From Phycisphaerales bacterium (GTDB taxonomy: Bacteria > Planctomycetota > Phycisphaerae > Phycisphaerales > UBA1924), in assembly GCA_965227775.1 (NCBI GenBank), contig OZ245777.1:1248001-1312000 (forward strand): a DNA stretch of 64,000 bases, in the 5' to 3' direction. This document shows positions 9,314 through 20,311 of this stretch, in pieces. A program made the translations under genes and the position numbers. Under the pieces are notes generated by a model. It was not told the origin of the DNA. It did no database searches and was given only the letters and a program-made list of their open reading frames with translations. How positions within the stretch are numbered: the first letter of the stretch is position 1; the number at the start of each line of letters is the position of its first letter.

Positions 9314-10000
9314 TCACTCGCACCCGGCAGCGAACTCGTTCTGGAACGCCAGGAAGTCGAACAGCGTAAGCGCGCCATCACCATCGAAGTCGGCGCCAAG
9401 GTCGCCCGCATCGAACAGGTTCTGGAATGCAAGGAAGTCGAAGATCGTCAGGCTGCCATCACCGTCTATGTCAGCCCGGCAGTCGGCCTCGATGCGATCG
9501 ATGATCGCCGTGCCCTCGGTAAACCGGAGCGAACCTACAAGGAAGCTCGGCGAGAGCGTCACGTCGCGGATGTTAAAGAACGCGACGTTGTCAGCCCCGA
9601 TGCCCGCGTCGAACGTCGCGGCGAAGCGCACCGTGATGCCAGCCAGCGTCTGCTCGCCCTCGAACGTCTCACCGAGAACCTGAAACGGGTGCGTGCCGTC
9701 GGGATTCTCGACCTCGCCCGTCAAGAAGTCTGACGCGCCGGGAGAGAGCTGCTCGAGCGCATCGGCCAGCGGCGTGGGGTCGGGGAACAGCGAGCCAAGC
9801 ACGACGCCGCTGCCGACGACCATGCCCGAAACCTCGTAGGCATACCGCGTGGCTGGGTCGATCGTGTCGGGCGCACTGGTACGCGCCACGTCGCGACCGT
9901 CCTCGATTCGGACGCCGGCCAGGTCGATCGAAACCGACTCCTGGGCCATCGCCGCACAGCCAAGCCCAAGTACCGTCGCCGTGAAAAACCGCGTGTTCAT
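9314..10000 (-). CDS. Secreted protein with C-terminal GC-type dockerin-like domain
   Basis: Signal peptide MNTRFF...AMA-Q; C-terminus CRADIDGDGSLTIFDFLAFQNLF...ADFDGDGALTLFDFLAFQNEFAAGCE. Confidence 0.88.
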   Translation of the reverse strand: MNTRFFTATVLGLGCAAMAQESVSIDLAGVRIEDGRDVARTSAPDTIDPATRYAYEVSGMVVGSGVVLGSLFPDPTPLADALEQLSPGASDFLTGEVENPDGTHPFQVLGETFEGEQTLAGITVRFAATFDAGIGADNVAFFNIRDVTLSPSFLVGSLRFTEGTAIIDRIEADCRADIDGDGSLTIFDFLAFQNLFDAGDLGADFDGDGALTLFDFLAFQNEFAAGCE

Positions 10001-10095
10001 CGCTCGCTCTCCCGTTTGAGTGTCCCTCAAGCCTACCCCAAGCCTGCTCTTTCGCCAACGCTACTTGCACCAAACCGGCCCCATACCCTCGCCCA

Positions 10096-10776
10096 GTGGT
10101 CACCGCACTCATCCTCGCCAGCGCAGCCTACCTGATCGGGGCCATCCCCTTCGGCTACCTCATCGCGCGAGCGAAGGGCGTGGACATCTTCAAGGCCGGC
10201 TCGGGCAACATTGGCGCGACGAATGTGAAGCGCGTTCTCGGACCGGGGCCCGGCAACCTCTGCTTCACCCTCGACGTGCTCAAGGGACTGCTGCCCACGC
10301 TTGCGGCGGGGCTCGTGCTGGGCACATTGGGAGACCTCAACGCGCGCCCCATCGCTGTCTGGGTCTGGTTGCTCACGCCGGTCGCCACCGTTCTGGGCCA
10401 CATGTTCTCGCCCTACCTGGGCTTCCGCGGTGGCAAGGGCGTCGCCACTGGGCTCGGGGCGCTCCTCGGCGTGTTCTGGGTGCTCACCGTCGCGGTGGTG
10501 GGTGGGCTCGTCGTCTGGCTGCTCGTCCTGAAGGTCTCGCGGTACGTAGGCCTCGCGTCCGTGTGCGCCGCTGTCAGCGTGCCGATCTGGGCTGCCGTCG
10601 TGCCCGCCCTTGTCGAAGGTGGCCTCCGCCCGTCGGTATACCCCATGCTGGCAATCGCCGGGCTGCTCGCCTTGCTGGTGGTCGTCCGCCACGCGGGCAA
10701 CCTGCGCCGCATCATGGCGGGCAACGAGCCCAAGATCCGCTCCAAGGCCGAGCGGCAGGCCGCCGCATCCCGATAA
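10096..10776 (+). CDS. plsY: Glycerol-3-phosphate acyltransferase PlsY
   Basis: YLIGAIPFG, GSGNIGATN, DVLKG, GHMFSPYLGFRGGKGVAT, RHAGNLRR. Confidence 0.95.
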   Translation: MVTALILASAAYLIGAIPFGYLIARAKGVDIFKAGSGNIGATNVKRVLGPGPGNLCFTLDVLKGLLPTLAAGLVLGTLGDLNARPIAVWVWLLTPVATVLGHMFSPYLGFRGGKGVATGLGALLGVFWVLTVAVVGGLVVWLLVLKVSRYVGLASVCAAVSVPIWAAVVPALVEGGLRPSVYPMLAIAGLLALLVVVRHAGNLRRIMAGNEPKIRSKAERQAAASR

Positions 10777-10896
10777 CGCTCCGAACAGATGAATCAGGGC
10801 AGGTCGTGCGGGCTGGAGGGGCCCATCGCGGCTCCAGCGCGCCAAATCGCTGCGTTCGGCGCAAAGCCGACACAGGGCTAAGCCGATGCCATAGCG

Positions 10897-11127
10897 ATGC
10901 TTACGATCACCGACACGACCCCGCCCGAAGGCCCAACGCCCACGAAGAAGCTCTCAACGGCGCCCCAGGCCTCCGCGGGACCGCTCCGCCTGACCGTTGG
11001 CGAGGCTGGCAACGCGATCGCCCAGGTCAACAACGCGCTGGCCCAAACCCAGCGCCGCCTCGACAACCTCCGCGACCTCATCGACCGCTTCGACCTCGAC
11101 GACGACGACGGCCCCCGCGCCGCCTGA
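10897..11127 (+). CDS. Small hypothetical protein, coiled coil + acidic tail ending PRAA
   Basis: 76-aa ORF with host-like codon usage, filling an otherwise empty intergenic gap. Confidence 0.65.
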   Translation: MLTITDTTPPEGPTPTKKLSTAPQASAGPLRLTVGEAGNAIAQVNNALAQTQRRLDNLRDLIDRFDLDDDDGPRAA

Positions 11128-11346
11128 TCGATTTCCGCTTTCGGGTTGTCCCGCTGGCCTGCCGCTCGACTCGCGTCGCGGCCGCCGCGTCATGGACATT
11201 CCCACCGCCGCTCGGCGACCCACCTCATGACGGCTTCGTAAGACCTGCACGCTACACTAGCGAAGGGTGCTGGTGGCCGTTTATCGTTGCGCCCAGTCGA
11301 GAGCCGAACACGCCAGCTGGGTGGCAGACCCGCCGAGGTTTGGATA

Positions 11347-13278
11347 ATGCAGAACAATTTCGGTCTGAAGGATCTGATCGTCATCACGCTCATCCTGGGG
11401 CTGTTCGTCAGCATCTGGGTGGCCATCTACCAAGATGACCGGCGTTGGAAGCTCTCGCAAGAGTCCAACGACCGACTCGAAGCACTCGAGAAGCAGATCG
11501 TCCGCCTCGAGACCGAGGTCACGCGCCGGCCCGTGGTCGTCGCCAGCCCGGGCGCCCAAACGCCCGGCAGCCAGCCCGCGACCACGCCTGCCGCACCGGC
11601 GAGCACCGACTGGGCCGAGGAAGGTGTCGAGATCACCTTCGCCGAACCCTGGACCTTTACCACCGACCCGCGCAACGACGAGGGCTTCCGCCCCGGCGGC
11701 GAGTTCACCGAGATCTACGAGGGTCAGCCGCCCAAGCTCACCCCCTACACCTACGCCGACGTGTACGGCCGTCGCGTTGTCGATCTGGTGTGCGAGAGCC
11801 TCGGCTGGTACGACCCCAAGACCCTGAAGATGCGCGGCCTGCTGGCCGAGGCATGGCAGTACCCTGAAGACGGCACCTGGTTGCGCGTCAAGATCCGCGA
11901 CGAGGCCCGCTACAGCGACGGCTCGCCCGTGCTGGCCGAAGACGTGCGGTGGACGCACGACGACCTGCTGTTCAACATGCAGATCGAGGCCGAGCGCTTC
12001 CGCAGCGTGTACAACGCCATCGACACGGTCGAAGTCATCGGTGATCCGGAGACCAGCCGCGTCGTGCATTTCACCTTCAAGACGCCCCGCTTCGATAACC
12101 TGCAGCAGGCCTTCGGATTCAAGATCCTGCCCAAGCACATCTACCAGGAATGGATCGAGAGCCCCACGCGATACAACCAGAGCACGGCCCTCACGGTTGG
12201 GTCGGGCCCGTTCCGTTTTGCCACGGTGTCGCCCGACTCGCAGTGGACGCCGCCCAGCGACATCGTGCTGGTGCGCAACGAGCAGTACTGGGGCCCCAAG
12301 CCCGTGCTCGATAGCTACCGCATCACGGTCATCAGCGACTACACGACCAAGCTCATCGCCTACACCAGCGGCCGCGGCGACATGATGCGTCCCAACGCCC
12401 AGCAGTTCGTCGAGCAGCGCTCCGACCAGGAGTTCCTCGAGGACCACGACCCGCGCATCTGGTACAACATGCGCGGCGGTTACTCGTTCATTGCCTGGCA
12501 GTGCGGCCCACGCAACGGCGACAGGCTCACGCCCTTCCACGACGCTCGCGTGCGCAAGGCCATGACGATGATGATCGACCGCGATCGCATCCGCCGCGAC
12601 ATCTCGAAGAACCTCGTGCGTCCTGCGACGGGCCCGTTCCTGAGCTCCACGCCGCAGTCGAATCCCAACATCGAGCCCTGGCCGCACGACCCCGACGCGG
12701 GTCTGGCCCTGCTTGCCGAGGCCGGCTGGGAAGACCGCGACGGCGACGGCATGCTCGAGGACGAAGACGGCAATCCGTTCACCTTCGAGTTCACCTTCTC
12801 CAACGGCTCGGACTCGACGCTGCAGATGGCCAACTTCATGAAGTCGGACTTTGCGCGCTACGGCATCGACATGCAGCTGCGCACCATCGACTGGTCGGTG
12901 CTCGTCGACATCCTCAACCGCCGCGACTTCGACGCCATCACCTTCGCGTGGTCGGCCTCGGCCCCTGAGAACGATCCGTACCAGATCTGGCACTCTGACA
13001 ACATCGAGAACCAGGGCGACAACTTCATCCAGTGGAGCAGCCCCGACGCAGACCGCCTCATCGAGCAGGGCCGCCAGACGCTCGACTTCGACGAGCGCAT
13101 GGCCGTCTGGCACGAGCTGCACTCGGTCTACCACGAGGAGCAGCCCTACACGTTCATGAACGAGATCCCGTGGATCCGCTTCACGACGAAGCGATCGGGC
13201 AACATCCAGGAGTACAACTCGGGCCTGCAGTACAACGAGTTCTGGGTCGGGCGAGAGAGCCTGCCGTCGCAGAACTGA
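11347..13278 (+). CDS. Peptide ABC transporter substrate-binding protein (family 5), N-terminally membrane-anchored
   Basis: N-terminal TM + coiled coil; GLLAEAW, YSDGSPVLAEDVRWT, GSGPF, DARVRKAM, LLAEAGW. Confidence 0.92.
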   Translation: MQNNFGLKDLIVITLILGLFVSIWVAIYQDDRRWKLSQESNDRLEALEKQIVRLETEVTRRPVVVASPGAQTPGSQPATTPAAPASTDWAEEGVEITFAEPWTFTTDPRNDEGFRPGGEFTEIYEGQPPKLTPYTYADVYGRRVVDLVCESLGWYDPKTLKMRGLLAEAWQYPEDGTWLRVKIRDEARYSDGSPVLAEDVRWTHDDLLFNMQIEAERFRSVYNAIDTVEVIGDPETSRVVHFTFKTPRFDNLQQAFGFKILPKHIYQEWIESPTRYNQSTALTVGSGPFRFATVSPDSQWTPPSDIVLVRNEQYWGPKPVLDSYRITVISDYTTKLIAYTSGRGDMMRPNAQQFVEQRSDQEFLEDHDPRIWYNMRGGYSFIAWQCGPRNGDRLTPFHDARVRKAMTMMIDRDRIRRDISKNLVRPATGPFLSSTPQSNPNIEPWPHDPDAGLALLAEAGWEDRDGDGMLEDEDGNPFTFEFTFSNGSDSTLQMANFMKSDFARYGIDMQLRTIDWSVLVDILNRRDFDAITFAWSASAPENDPYQIWHSDNIENQGDNFIQWSSPDADRLIEQGRQTLDFDERMAVWHELHSVYHEEQPYTFMNEIPWIRFTTKRSGNIQEYNSGLQYNEFWVGRESLPSQN

Positions 13279-13361
13279 CCCGGTCCGAGCCGACCTCCCG
13301 CAACGATCTTGCAAGCTACCGCCCGCGTCGTTCCATCCCTCGTTCCTGAGCGCCACTGCCC

Positions 13362-14924
13362 ATGACGACCTACATCATCCGACGCCTGTTGCTCATGATC
13401 CCGACGGTGATCGGCATGACCCTGCTGATCTTTTTGCTCGTGGCGATGAGCCCGGGAGGCGTGGGCGCCGCGTTGCAGGTGTCCGGCGGCGGCCAGATGG
13501 ACTCGGGCAGCGTTGCCCAGCAGCGCGCCTACCTCGAGGATCGGTATGGTCTCGATGCGCCCATCATGGTGCAGTACGTCCGCTGGCTCGGTCGGGTGAG
13601 CCCGATCAAGTTCGGCGCACGCGACCAGTTCACGCCCAGCGGCGAGCGATTCAGCCAGCCCAAGTCCGTCGACGATCCGCCCCTGTGGCAGTGGTTCACC
13701 GACGAACTGCCCGAGGCAGAGCCTGCGCAGGCCGTCGTCACGCCCGACGAAGAAGAAGTCCGCGGCCAGATGTACCGCCGAACCGCCGGCGACTACTTCC
13801 AGGTTCGCGCCGCGTTCCTCGGCTCGCGCACACGCTTCGAGATCGCCATGGGCGATCTGGCCAAGGACATCGGCCATCCCGAAGCCGTCGAGGATCGCGG
13901 GCAGATCAAGCCGGGCGTCGCAATGAAAATCGGCAAGTCCGCGTTCGAGGGCGGCGATGCCGAGCTGTTGGCCGAGGCCGAGGCGCGAGCGGCCGACATG
14001 CTCCGCGACTACGAGCGCCTGCTCGACGCCACCGCCGTGTCTCAGGCGATGTTCGACGCCAAGATGTTCCGCCAGGCCGGCCTGCCGATCATCCCCGGCG
14101 TGCTGTCGATCGCGGCCCCCGACCTGGGGATGAGCTTCGCACGCTCGCGTCCGGTTTCGACGCTGATCGCCGAGGCGCTGCCGGTCACGCTCATGCTGAA
14201 CCTGATCGCGGTGCCCATCATCTATCTGGTGGCGATCCCTTCGGGCGTGCTGGCCGCCAGCCGCCAGGGCTCGCTGCTCGACGTGGGCCTGGGCGCGTTC
14301 TACGTCGCGCTCTGGTCGATCCCCGTCGTCTGGGCGGGCGTGCTCGCGGTCGGCTTCCTCGCAAGCAAGGACTGGCTGGGTTGGTTCCCGGTCACGGGCC
14401 TGCACTCGCCCGAGTCCGAGACCATGACCATGCTGCCGGGCTCGGTGCAGGTCACGCTCGCCGATGGCACGACAACGAGCCAGTTCCAGCGCGGCTTCAT
14501 CATCGACACGCTCTGGCACCTTGTGCTCCCAGTCGCGTGCCTGGTCTACACGGGCTTTGCCATCCTCAGCAAGCAGACCCGCGCCGCCATGCTCGAGAAC
14601 TTCAATGCCGACTACGTTCGCACGGCCAAGGCCAAGGGCGTGTCGCGTAAGGACGTCGTGTTCCGCCACGTCTTCCGCAACAGCCTGCTGCCGATCATCA
14701 CCATGTTCGTCTCGATCTTCCCGGCCATGCTGGGCGGGTCGGTCGTCATCGAGCGCATCTTCAGCGTGCCGGGCATGGGTAGCCTGATCATCGAGGCCAT
14801 CGGCCTGCGTGATCGCGAGCTGCTGCTGGCCAACGCGCTCATCGTCGGACTCGTGAACATGCTGGCCCTGCTGCTGGCAGACATCCTGTACGCCATGGCC
14901 GACCCACGGATCTCCTACGACTGA
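13362..14924 (+). CDS. Peptide ABC transporter permease (DppB/OppB type)
   Basis: YIIRRLL, YGLDAPIMVQYVRWL, DLGMS, HLVLP, DYVRTAKAKG, RHVFRNSLLP, DPRI. Confidence 0.93.
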   Translation: MTTYIIRRLLLMIPTVIGMTLLIFLLVAMSPGGVGAALQVSGGGQMDSGSVAQQRAYLEDRYGLDAPIMVQYVRWLGRVSPIKFGARDQFTPSGERFSQPKSVDDPPLWQWFTDELPEAEPAQAVVTPDEEEVRGQMYRRTAGDYFQVRAAFLGSRTRFEIAMGDLAKDIGHPEAVEDRGQIKPGVAMKIGKSAFEGGDAELLAEAEARAADMLRDYERLLDATAVSQAMFDAKMFRQAGLPIIPGVLSIAAPDLGMSFARSRPVSTLIAEALPVTLMLNLIAVPIIYLVAIPSGVLAASRQGSLLDVGLGAFYVALWSIPVVWAGVLAVGFLASKDWLGWFPVTGLHSPESETMTMLPGSVQVTLADGTTTSQFQRGFIIDTLWHLVLPVACLVYTGFAILSKQTRAAMLENFNADYVRTAKAKGVSRKDVVFRHVFRNSLLPIITMFVSIFPAMLGGSVVIERIFSVPGMGSLIIEAIGLRDRELLLANALIVGLVNMLALLLADILYAMADPRISYD

Positions 14925-17143
14925 TGAAGAACCAACCGACCACTTCGAGCGAAGCCGGCGGCGTGCCCGGGCCCATGGATGATCCTGGAAAGGAGATGCG
15001 CGCCCCCGGTGACTTTGAAGGCGACCAGGAGCTCACCTCCGTCACCGGTGTGCACCTCATGCAGGGCATCGGCCACCGCCCGGCCGAGGGCTTCTGGACC
15101 GAGGCCTGGAAGCAGGTGTTCAAGCGCCCGGGTGCCGTGCTGGGCATCGCCTGGGTCGCCCTCATCGCGTTCTTTGCGGTCTTCGCGCCGCTGGTGGCCA
15201 ACGGCCATCCGATCTTGCTCGTCGCCGAGCCAAGCGTCAGTCCGGTGGCCCGGCTCTTCAGCGGCTTCGGCGGAGCACTCACCAGCTTCGACGGCGTGCG
15301 CCTCTTGCTCTTCACGCTCATCTGGTCGACCGCGTGGATCTTGGCGCCGCGAAAGCAGCCCATGGTCCTGCTCGTGGGCATTGCCGGGCTGGCGACCTTG
15401 GTGTTCGCGCTCCGCGTCTTCGCCCAGTTCTTCGTCGGCAAGACCGAGGACGAACTCGGCACGCAACTCTTCACCTTCACGAACTTCCTGCTCGGTGAAC
15501 CGCAGAACGGCCAGCCGACGAATCACGCGTTCCAGATCATCGTCGACTTCGCAGCAACCGCCGGGCTCGTGTGGGCCGCCGGCGCGTTCGATCTCTCCCG
15601 CCGCGTCCGCATCCTGACGACGCCCGTGCTGTGGATCGTCGCGATCGGCGCACTCATCGGCATGGCCGCGGGCGCCAACGAAGACGCCCCCGTCAGTTCG
15701 CCGCTTCTGCGGCACCTGACCGTCGTGGATCTCACGCTGCTGGTCGGCTCAATCGCCGGGCTCGTGCTGCTCATCCCCAAGTGGGGCGGCGGCCGGGGCG
15801 ATCGCGCCAAGGTGCTGCTCACCGTGTCGCTGCAGGCCGGGCTCATCATGCTCGTGCACTCGATCGTCAGCGGGCAGGCGGCCAACCGCGATGCGGCCCC
15901 CTGGCTGCGCGCCTTCGAGCGGCAGCCCTTCTTCGAGGTGATCGCCTCACTCATCATCGCGGTCGTCGCCAGCAGCCTGTTCATCGTGGCCCACCCGTTG
16001 AACAAGCTCCGCAGCCGTGTCGGAATCGCCACGCTCGTGGGCCTGGTGATGTTCGGCCTGATGGCCGCCCGCTGGACGACCCCGCCCCCGAGCTTCCGCT
16101 ACGCATTCGAACAGAACCAGGAGCGCATCAGCGCCGTCTACACGGTCATCCCCTGGTCGCCGCGACAGGGTGGCACCGCGGTCGACCTCCTGCCCCCGGG
16201 CAGCACCGTGTACTCGCAGGTGCTCAAGGGCCTCGAAGATGTTGGCCTCAGCCAGCGCTCGCTCGATTCGGGCGTCGCAGTCGCCGACATGCCCCTCGAC
16301 GACGAGGTGATGGCCGCCATCGAGGACCAGCTCGGCTTCGCCGAAGATACGCTGCCCATCACCGCCGATGAGGCCTTTGCCGCCGTGCAAGCGGCTGCCT
16401 CTACCAATCCCGACATGACCGTCGGCGATATCGACGTGCTGCTTACTGCCAAACCCGCGCCGGGCTACGCGCTCGGCACCGACTCGGACGGCAAGGACGT
16501 GCTCAGCCGCATGTTGCACGCGTGCCGATTGTCGATCTCCATCGGGTTGGTGAGCACCAGCATCGCGGTGGTGATCGGCGTGGTCATCGGCGCGCTCATG
16601 GGCTACTTCGGCGGCTGGGTCGACATCGTGCTCTACCGCATCGTCGAAGTCTTCATGGCCATCCCGCTGCTCTTCCTGCTCATCGTCGCGGCCGCCGTGC
16701 TGCCGAAGAACGTGTACGTCATGATGGCCATCATCGGCTGCGTGACATGGACGGGCAGTGCGCGCTTCATCCGCGCCGAGTTCTACAAGCTGCGCAACCA
16801 GGACTTCGTGCAGTCGGCCCGCTCGGTCGGCCTGCCGCTGCGTAGCGTGCTCTTTAAGCACATGCTGCCCAACGGCGTCACGCCCGTGCTGGTCGACGCC
16901 TCGTTCGCCATCGCCGCGGCCATCCTCGCCGAGGCCATCCTGAGCTACCTGGGCCTGGGCGATCCCAACCAGCCCAGCTGGGGCGCGCTGCTGAGCGACG
17001 CGACCAACCAGGTCGGCAAGTTCATGTGGTGGCTGGCCATCTTCCCCGGTTTTGCGATCTTCCTCACCGTGCTGAGCTACAACCTCATCGGCGAGGCGCT
17101 CCGCGACGCCATCGATCCCAAGCTCAAGAAGGCACGCGTGTGA
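14924..17143 (+). CDS. Peptide ABC transporter permease (DppC/OppC type) with large multi-TM insertion
   Basis: [54 protein letters not shown] overlap with the upstream gene. Confidence 0.92.
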   Translation: MKNQPTTSSEAGGVPGPMDDPGKEMRAPGDFEGDQELTSVTGVHLMQGIGHRPAEGFWTEAWKQVFKRPGAVLGIAWVALIAFFAVFAPLVANGHPILLVAEPSVSPVARLFSGFGGALTSFDGVRLLLFTLIWSTAWILAPRKQPMVLLVGIAGLATLVFALRVFAQFFVGKTEDELGTQLFTFTNFLLGEPQNGQPTNHAFQIIVDFAATAGLVWAAGAFDLSRRVRILTTPVLWIVAIGALIGMAAGANEDAPVSSPLLRHLTVVDLTLLVGSIAGLVLLIPKWGGGRGDRAKVLLTVSLQAGLIMLVHSIVSGQAANRDAAPWLRAFERQPFFEVIASLIIAVVASSLFIVAHPLNKLRSRVGIATLVGLVMFGLMAARWTTPPPSFRYAFEQNQERISAVYTVIPWSPRQGGTAVDLLPPGSTVYSQVLKGLEDVGLSQRSLDSGVAVADMPLDDEVMAAIEDQLGFAEDTLPITADEAFAAVQAAASTNPDMTVGDIDVLLTAKPAPGYALGTDSDGKDVLSRMLHACRLSISIGLVSTSIAVVIGVVIGALMGYFGGWVDIVLYRIVEVFMAIPLLFLLIVAAAVLPKNVYVMMAIIGCVTWTGSARFIRAEFYKLRNQDFVQSARSVGLPLRSVLFKHMLPNGVTPVLVDASFAIAAAILAEAILSYLGLGDPNQPSWGALLSDATNQVGKFMWWLAIFPGFAIFLTVLSYNLIGEALRDAIDPKLKKARV

Positions 17144-17192
17144 CGCCCCGAACGCCCAACGCGCCAAAGCCCGCAGACAACGGAGCCCCGAC

Positions 17193-18359
17193 TTGACCGA
17201 CTCGACCACAACGACCAGCGCGACAGCACGCGGTGCACGCGGGATGAAAGCCGGCGAGGTCGATCCCAACGCCAAGCCGATCATCCAGGTGCGAGACCTC
17301 GCCGTGTCGTTCGACAACGGCAACGGCCCACGCATCCAGGCCGTCGATGGCGTGCGCATGACTATCTACCCGCGCCAAACCCTGGCGGTGGTGGGCGAGT
17401 CGGGCTGCGGCAAGAGCGTGACGGCCATGAGCTCGATGCAACTCGTCCCACGCCCGCCCGGCCGGTTCGATCGCGGCCAGATCCTCTTCCGCACCGATGA
17501 TGGCAACACCATCGATCTCCTGCGCCAGAGCGAGAAGGAGATGCGTGAGATCCGCGGTAACGACATCGCGATGATCTTCCAGGAGCCCATGACGAGCCTC
17601 AACCCGGTCTACACCGTGGGCGACCAGATCATGGAGGCCATCCTGCTGCACCAGGAGGTCAGCGGTAGCAAGGCCCGCGATATCGCCCTCGAGGCGATGC
17701 GTTCGGTGGGTATCCCGGACGTCGAGAAGCGCATTAAGGCGTACCCGCACCAGTTCTCTGGTGGCATGCGCCAGCGCGTCATGATCGCCATGGCCCTCGC
17801 CTGCCGACCGCGACTGCTGCTGGCCGACGAGCCGACGACCGCGCTCGACGTGACGATCCAGGCCCAGATCCTCGAGCTGCTCGCCTCGCTCAAGGACGAG
17901 ATGGACATGGCCGTCATGCTCATCACCCACGACCTTGGCGTCGTGGCCGAGAACGCCGACGTCGTCTGCGTCATGTACGCCGGCCGCGTCGTTGAGTACG
18001 GCACCGTCTTCAGTGTCTTTGACAACCCCATGCACCCCTACACGCGTGGATTGCTCGCGAGCATCCCGAAGATCGGCAGCCGCCTCGATCGCCTGGTCAC
18101 GATTAAGGAAGTCGTCGAGGACGAGTCGCAGTTCAAGCGCCTTCCAGAGGCAAGCCAGGGCGTTCGCCCGTGGTGGCCCTGGCACAAGCCGCCAGCAGAC
18201 CTGGCCGCGAAAGACGAGCCCGCCGGCGACTACTACCTTCAGGAGGTCGACAAGGGCCACTGGGTGGGCGTATGGCGCACGCGCGCCGTGAGCGACCACG
18301 AGAGCCGTCCGCCCGACCTGAACTACCGCGCAAAGCGTGAGGCCGCCGCGAGCGCCTGA
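17193..18359 (+). CDS. Peptide ABC transporter ATP-binding protein (DppD/OppD type)
   Basis: Walker [51 protein letters not shown]; start may be ATG at 17244. Confidence 0.94.
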   Translation: MTDSTTTTSATARGARGMKAGEVDPNAKPIIQVRDLAVSFDNGNGPRIQAVDGVRMTIYPRQTLAVVGESGCGKSVTAMSSMQLVPRPPGRFDRGQILFRTDDGNTIDLLRQSEKEMREIRGNDIAMIFQEPMTSLNPVYTVGDQIMEAILLHQEVSGSKARDIALEAMRSVGIPDVEKRIKAYPHQFSGGMRQRVMIAMALACRPRLLLADEPTTALDVTIQAQILELLASLKDEMDMAVMLITHDLGVVAENADVVCVMYAGRVVEYGTVFSVFDNPMHPYTRGLLASIPKIGSRLDRLVTIKEVVEDESQFKRLPEASQGVRPWWPWHKPPADLAAKDEPAGDYYLQEVDKGHWVGVWRTRAVSDHESRPPDLNYRAKREAAASA

Positions 18360-18384
18360 CCACACTCGTCGCAAGCGAGGCGCC

Positions 18385-19476
18385 ATGCCCGCCGTCATGA
18401 TCCTGGCCGACGAAGACTTTGCCTCGCGCGAACGCGACCTGCTGTCGCGGCTCGAGGTGGGCCTGGTCACCGGTGGCACGCGCGTCTTCCACGCCGTGCC
18501 CGACACGCTGCCCGAGTTGCTCGACGGTCGCGTGTTCTCGCAAGCGATCGGATACACGCCGCACGGCCCACTGCCACCCTTGGGTCGGCGGGCGCGAGAT
18601 CTGGCGCAGCGTGCGCTCGAGTCCAGCGGCGGCGATGGCATCGCGGTCGTGCACGTGTTCGGCGCGCAGGCGTGGCCCTTGGCGTTCGAGGCCGCCGGGC
18701 TACTCGGCGCGGCGCTCGTGCTCGAGGTCTACAGCGCGCGCCTGGCCGACGCGCTCGGCGGCGCGCACCTCGACAGCGTCGACGATCGTGTGCTCGCCAG
18801 CGTGCCGAGCCCCGGGCTCGAGCGCCGATGCCTGCGCAAGCTCGATAGCCGCCATCTCAGGCTGGTTCGATGGGGTGTCCACGCCGAAGCAGCGACCGAG
18901 GGCGAGAAGCCCATGGCAGCGGGAGACCGCCCGGCGGTGCTGCTCGCCGGCAGCGGCCACGACCGCGCCAGCTGGGCGCTCGCGATGGAAGCACTCTCGC
19001 GCGTCAGGCTCGACGGCGACCAGCCCCCGCTCATCTTCGCCGATGCCGATGCTGCCCACAACGCCCACCTGCGCACGGTGGTCGAGCGGCTTGCGATGGC
19101 CGAGCACGTCAGCTTCGTTCCCTCGGTCGAGGCGTACCGCGAACCCGCCCTGCGCGTCGACGCGCTGGTGCTTCCCGAGGCCCTGCACGAGCACCGCAGC
19201 CTCGTGCTCGACGCCCACGCCCAAGGCATCCTTGTGGCCGCGGTGAGCGATCCGGTCATCGACGAGCTCGGCGCCGATTACGGCGTGACGCAGCTCGACC
19301 CAGGCGACCCCGATCGGTGGACCGAAGAGCTGCGCCGCGTGTTCGAGGACAAGCGGCTGGCCGAAGAACGCCGCGGCAAGGGCCTGGCGGCGATCGAGCA
19401 GTTTCACGTTGGCGCCGCCCACGTGGCCGCCGTCGAGACCATCTACGAGGGCATGACGGCCAACAAGTCCGAATAA
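18385..19476 (+). CDS. Divergent glycosyltransferase (GT-B fold)-like protein
   Basis: Pattern VVHVFG, VLLAGS, HVSF, DALVLPE, LDAHAQGILVAA resembles GT4 architecture but lacks the canonical E-x7-E motif. Confidence 0.6.
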   Translation: MPAVMILADEDFASRERDLLSRLEVGLVTGGTRVFHAVPDTLPELLDGRVFSQAIGYTPHGPLPPLGRRARDLAQRALESSGGDGIAVVHVFGAQAWPLAFEAAGLLGAALVLEVYSARLADALGGAHLDSVDDRVLASVPSPGLERRCLRKLDSRHLRLVRWGVHAEAATEGEKPMAAGDRPAVLLAGSGHDRASWALAMEALSRVRLDGDQPPLIFADADAAHNAHLRTVVERLAMAEHVSFVPSVEAYREPALRVDALVLPEALHEHRSLVLDAHAQGILVAAVSDPVIDELGADYGVTQLDPGDPDRWTEELRRVFEDKRLAEERRGKGLAAIEQFHVGAAHVAAVETIYEGMTANKSE

Positions 19477-19635
19477 CGAATTCGGCCTCGCCCAGACCGC
19501 CCCGCCTTGAGCGATTTTCATGGCTTCGCGCATAAAGCCTTGCAACAGGTTGGTTTATGCGTTTGAATAGTTCCGTGCAGGGGGTCAACTGGCCCACGGC
19601 CACCCGGAGGGTGGCAGAGCGGGAGAAGTAAAGAC

Positions 19636-20226
19636 ATGAAGTATCGACTTGCTATCGCATTGCTTGCCCTGAGTGCCACGGCCGGCTCGGCCCTCGCCCA
19701 AGGCCTGCACCCGGTCAGCGACGTCCGCACGGTGGAGGCCGCCGCGACGTCGAGCGAGACCGACGTGACCACCCACATCGTCGTCGAGGTGCCCACGCTC
19801 GACCGCCTGCAGCCATTCCAGCGGTTCGTCATCGACCCGCACGTGCGGCAGAACGATCCGGCCCGGTTCGAGATCCGCGTGGACGGCACCATCCGCAACT
19901 ACGCCCGAGTCACCAACGGATTCGTGCGCGCCCAGCGCTACGTGGCCGATCGGCTCGAAGAGGCCCGTCTGGCATGGCTGCGCGAGAACGCGGCCGTGAC
20001 CTCGCACGCCGGCGAGCGTGTCGGCGCCGATCGCGCCGCCATCGTGCCTCGCGCCACCATCCGCATGCCCGAAGGCGCCAGCGGCGGCGGCGGCTTCCGC
20101 GTGCAGGCCCCCGCGTCCGATCGTGCCCGCCTCGTTGCAGCGCTCGAGCGCATGAAGGCCCACCGTGCGACCGTTCGGGCTTCGGCAAAGCCCAACCAGG
20201 AGGCGACGGTCGCGTCTGCCGACTGA
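19636..20226 (+). CDS. Secreted hypothetical protein
   Basis: GGGAG SD; signal peptide MKYRLAIALLALSATAGSALA-Q. Confidence 0.75.
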   Translation: MKYRLAIALLALSATAGSALAQGLHPVSDVRTVEAAATSSETDVTTHIVVEVPTLDRLQPFQRFVIDPHVRQNDPARFEIRVDGTIRNYARVTNGFVRAQRYVADRLEEARLAWLRENAAVTSHAGERVGADRAAIVPRATIRMPEGASGGGGFRVQAPASDRARLVAALERMKAHRATVRASAKPNQEATVASAD

Positions 20227-20260
20227 TCGAATCCCAAGCGTTCTCCTTCTTTGCCTGGGG

Positions 20261-20293
20261 GGCCCTGCTGCGTGGCGGGGCCTTCCTTTTCTT
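20261..20293 (+). terminator. Intrinsic terminator
   Basis: GGCCCTGCT-loop-GGCGGGGCC followed by TTCCTTTTCTT. Confidence 0.6.
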
Positions 20294-20311
20294 GGGTGCG
20301 ATAATCTACTG

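Noticed and set aside
19528..19562. Imperfect inverted repeat CGCATAAAGCC...GGTTTATGCG upstream of the secreted hypothetical gene
   Set aside because: Single imperfect instance with only a weak IHF-like resemblance; cannot assign a function
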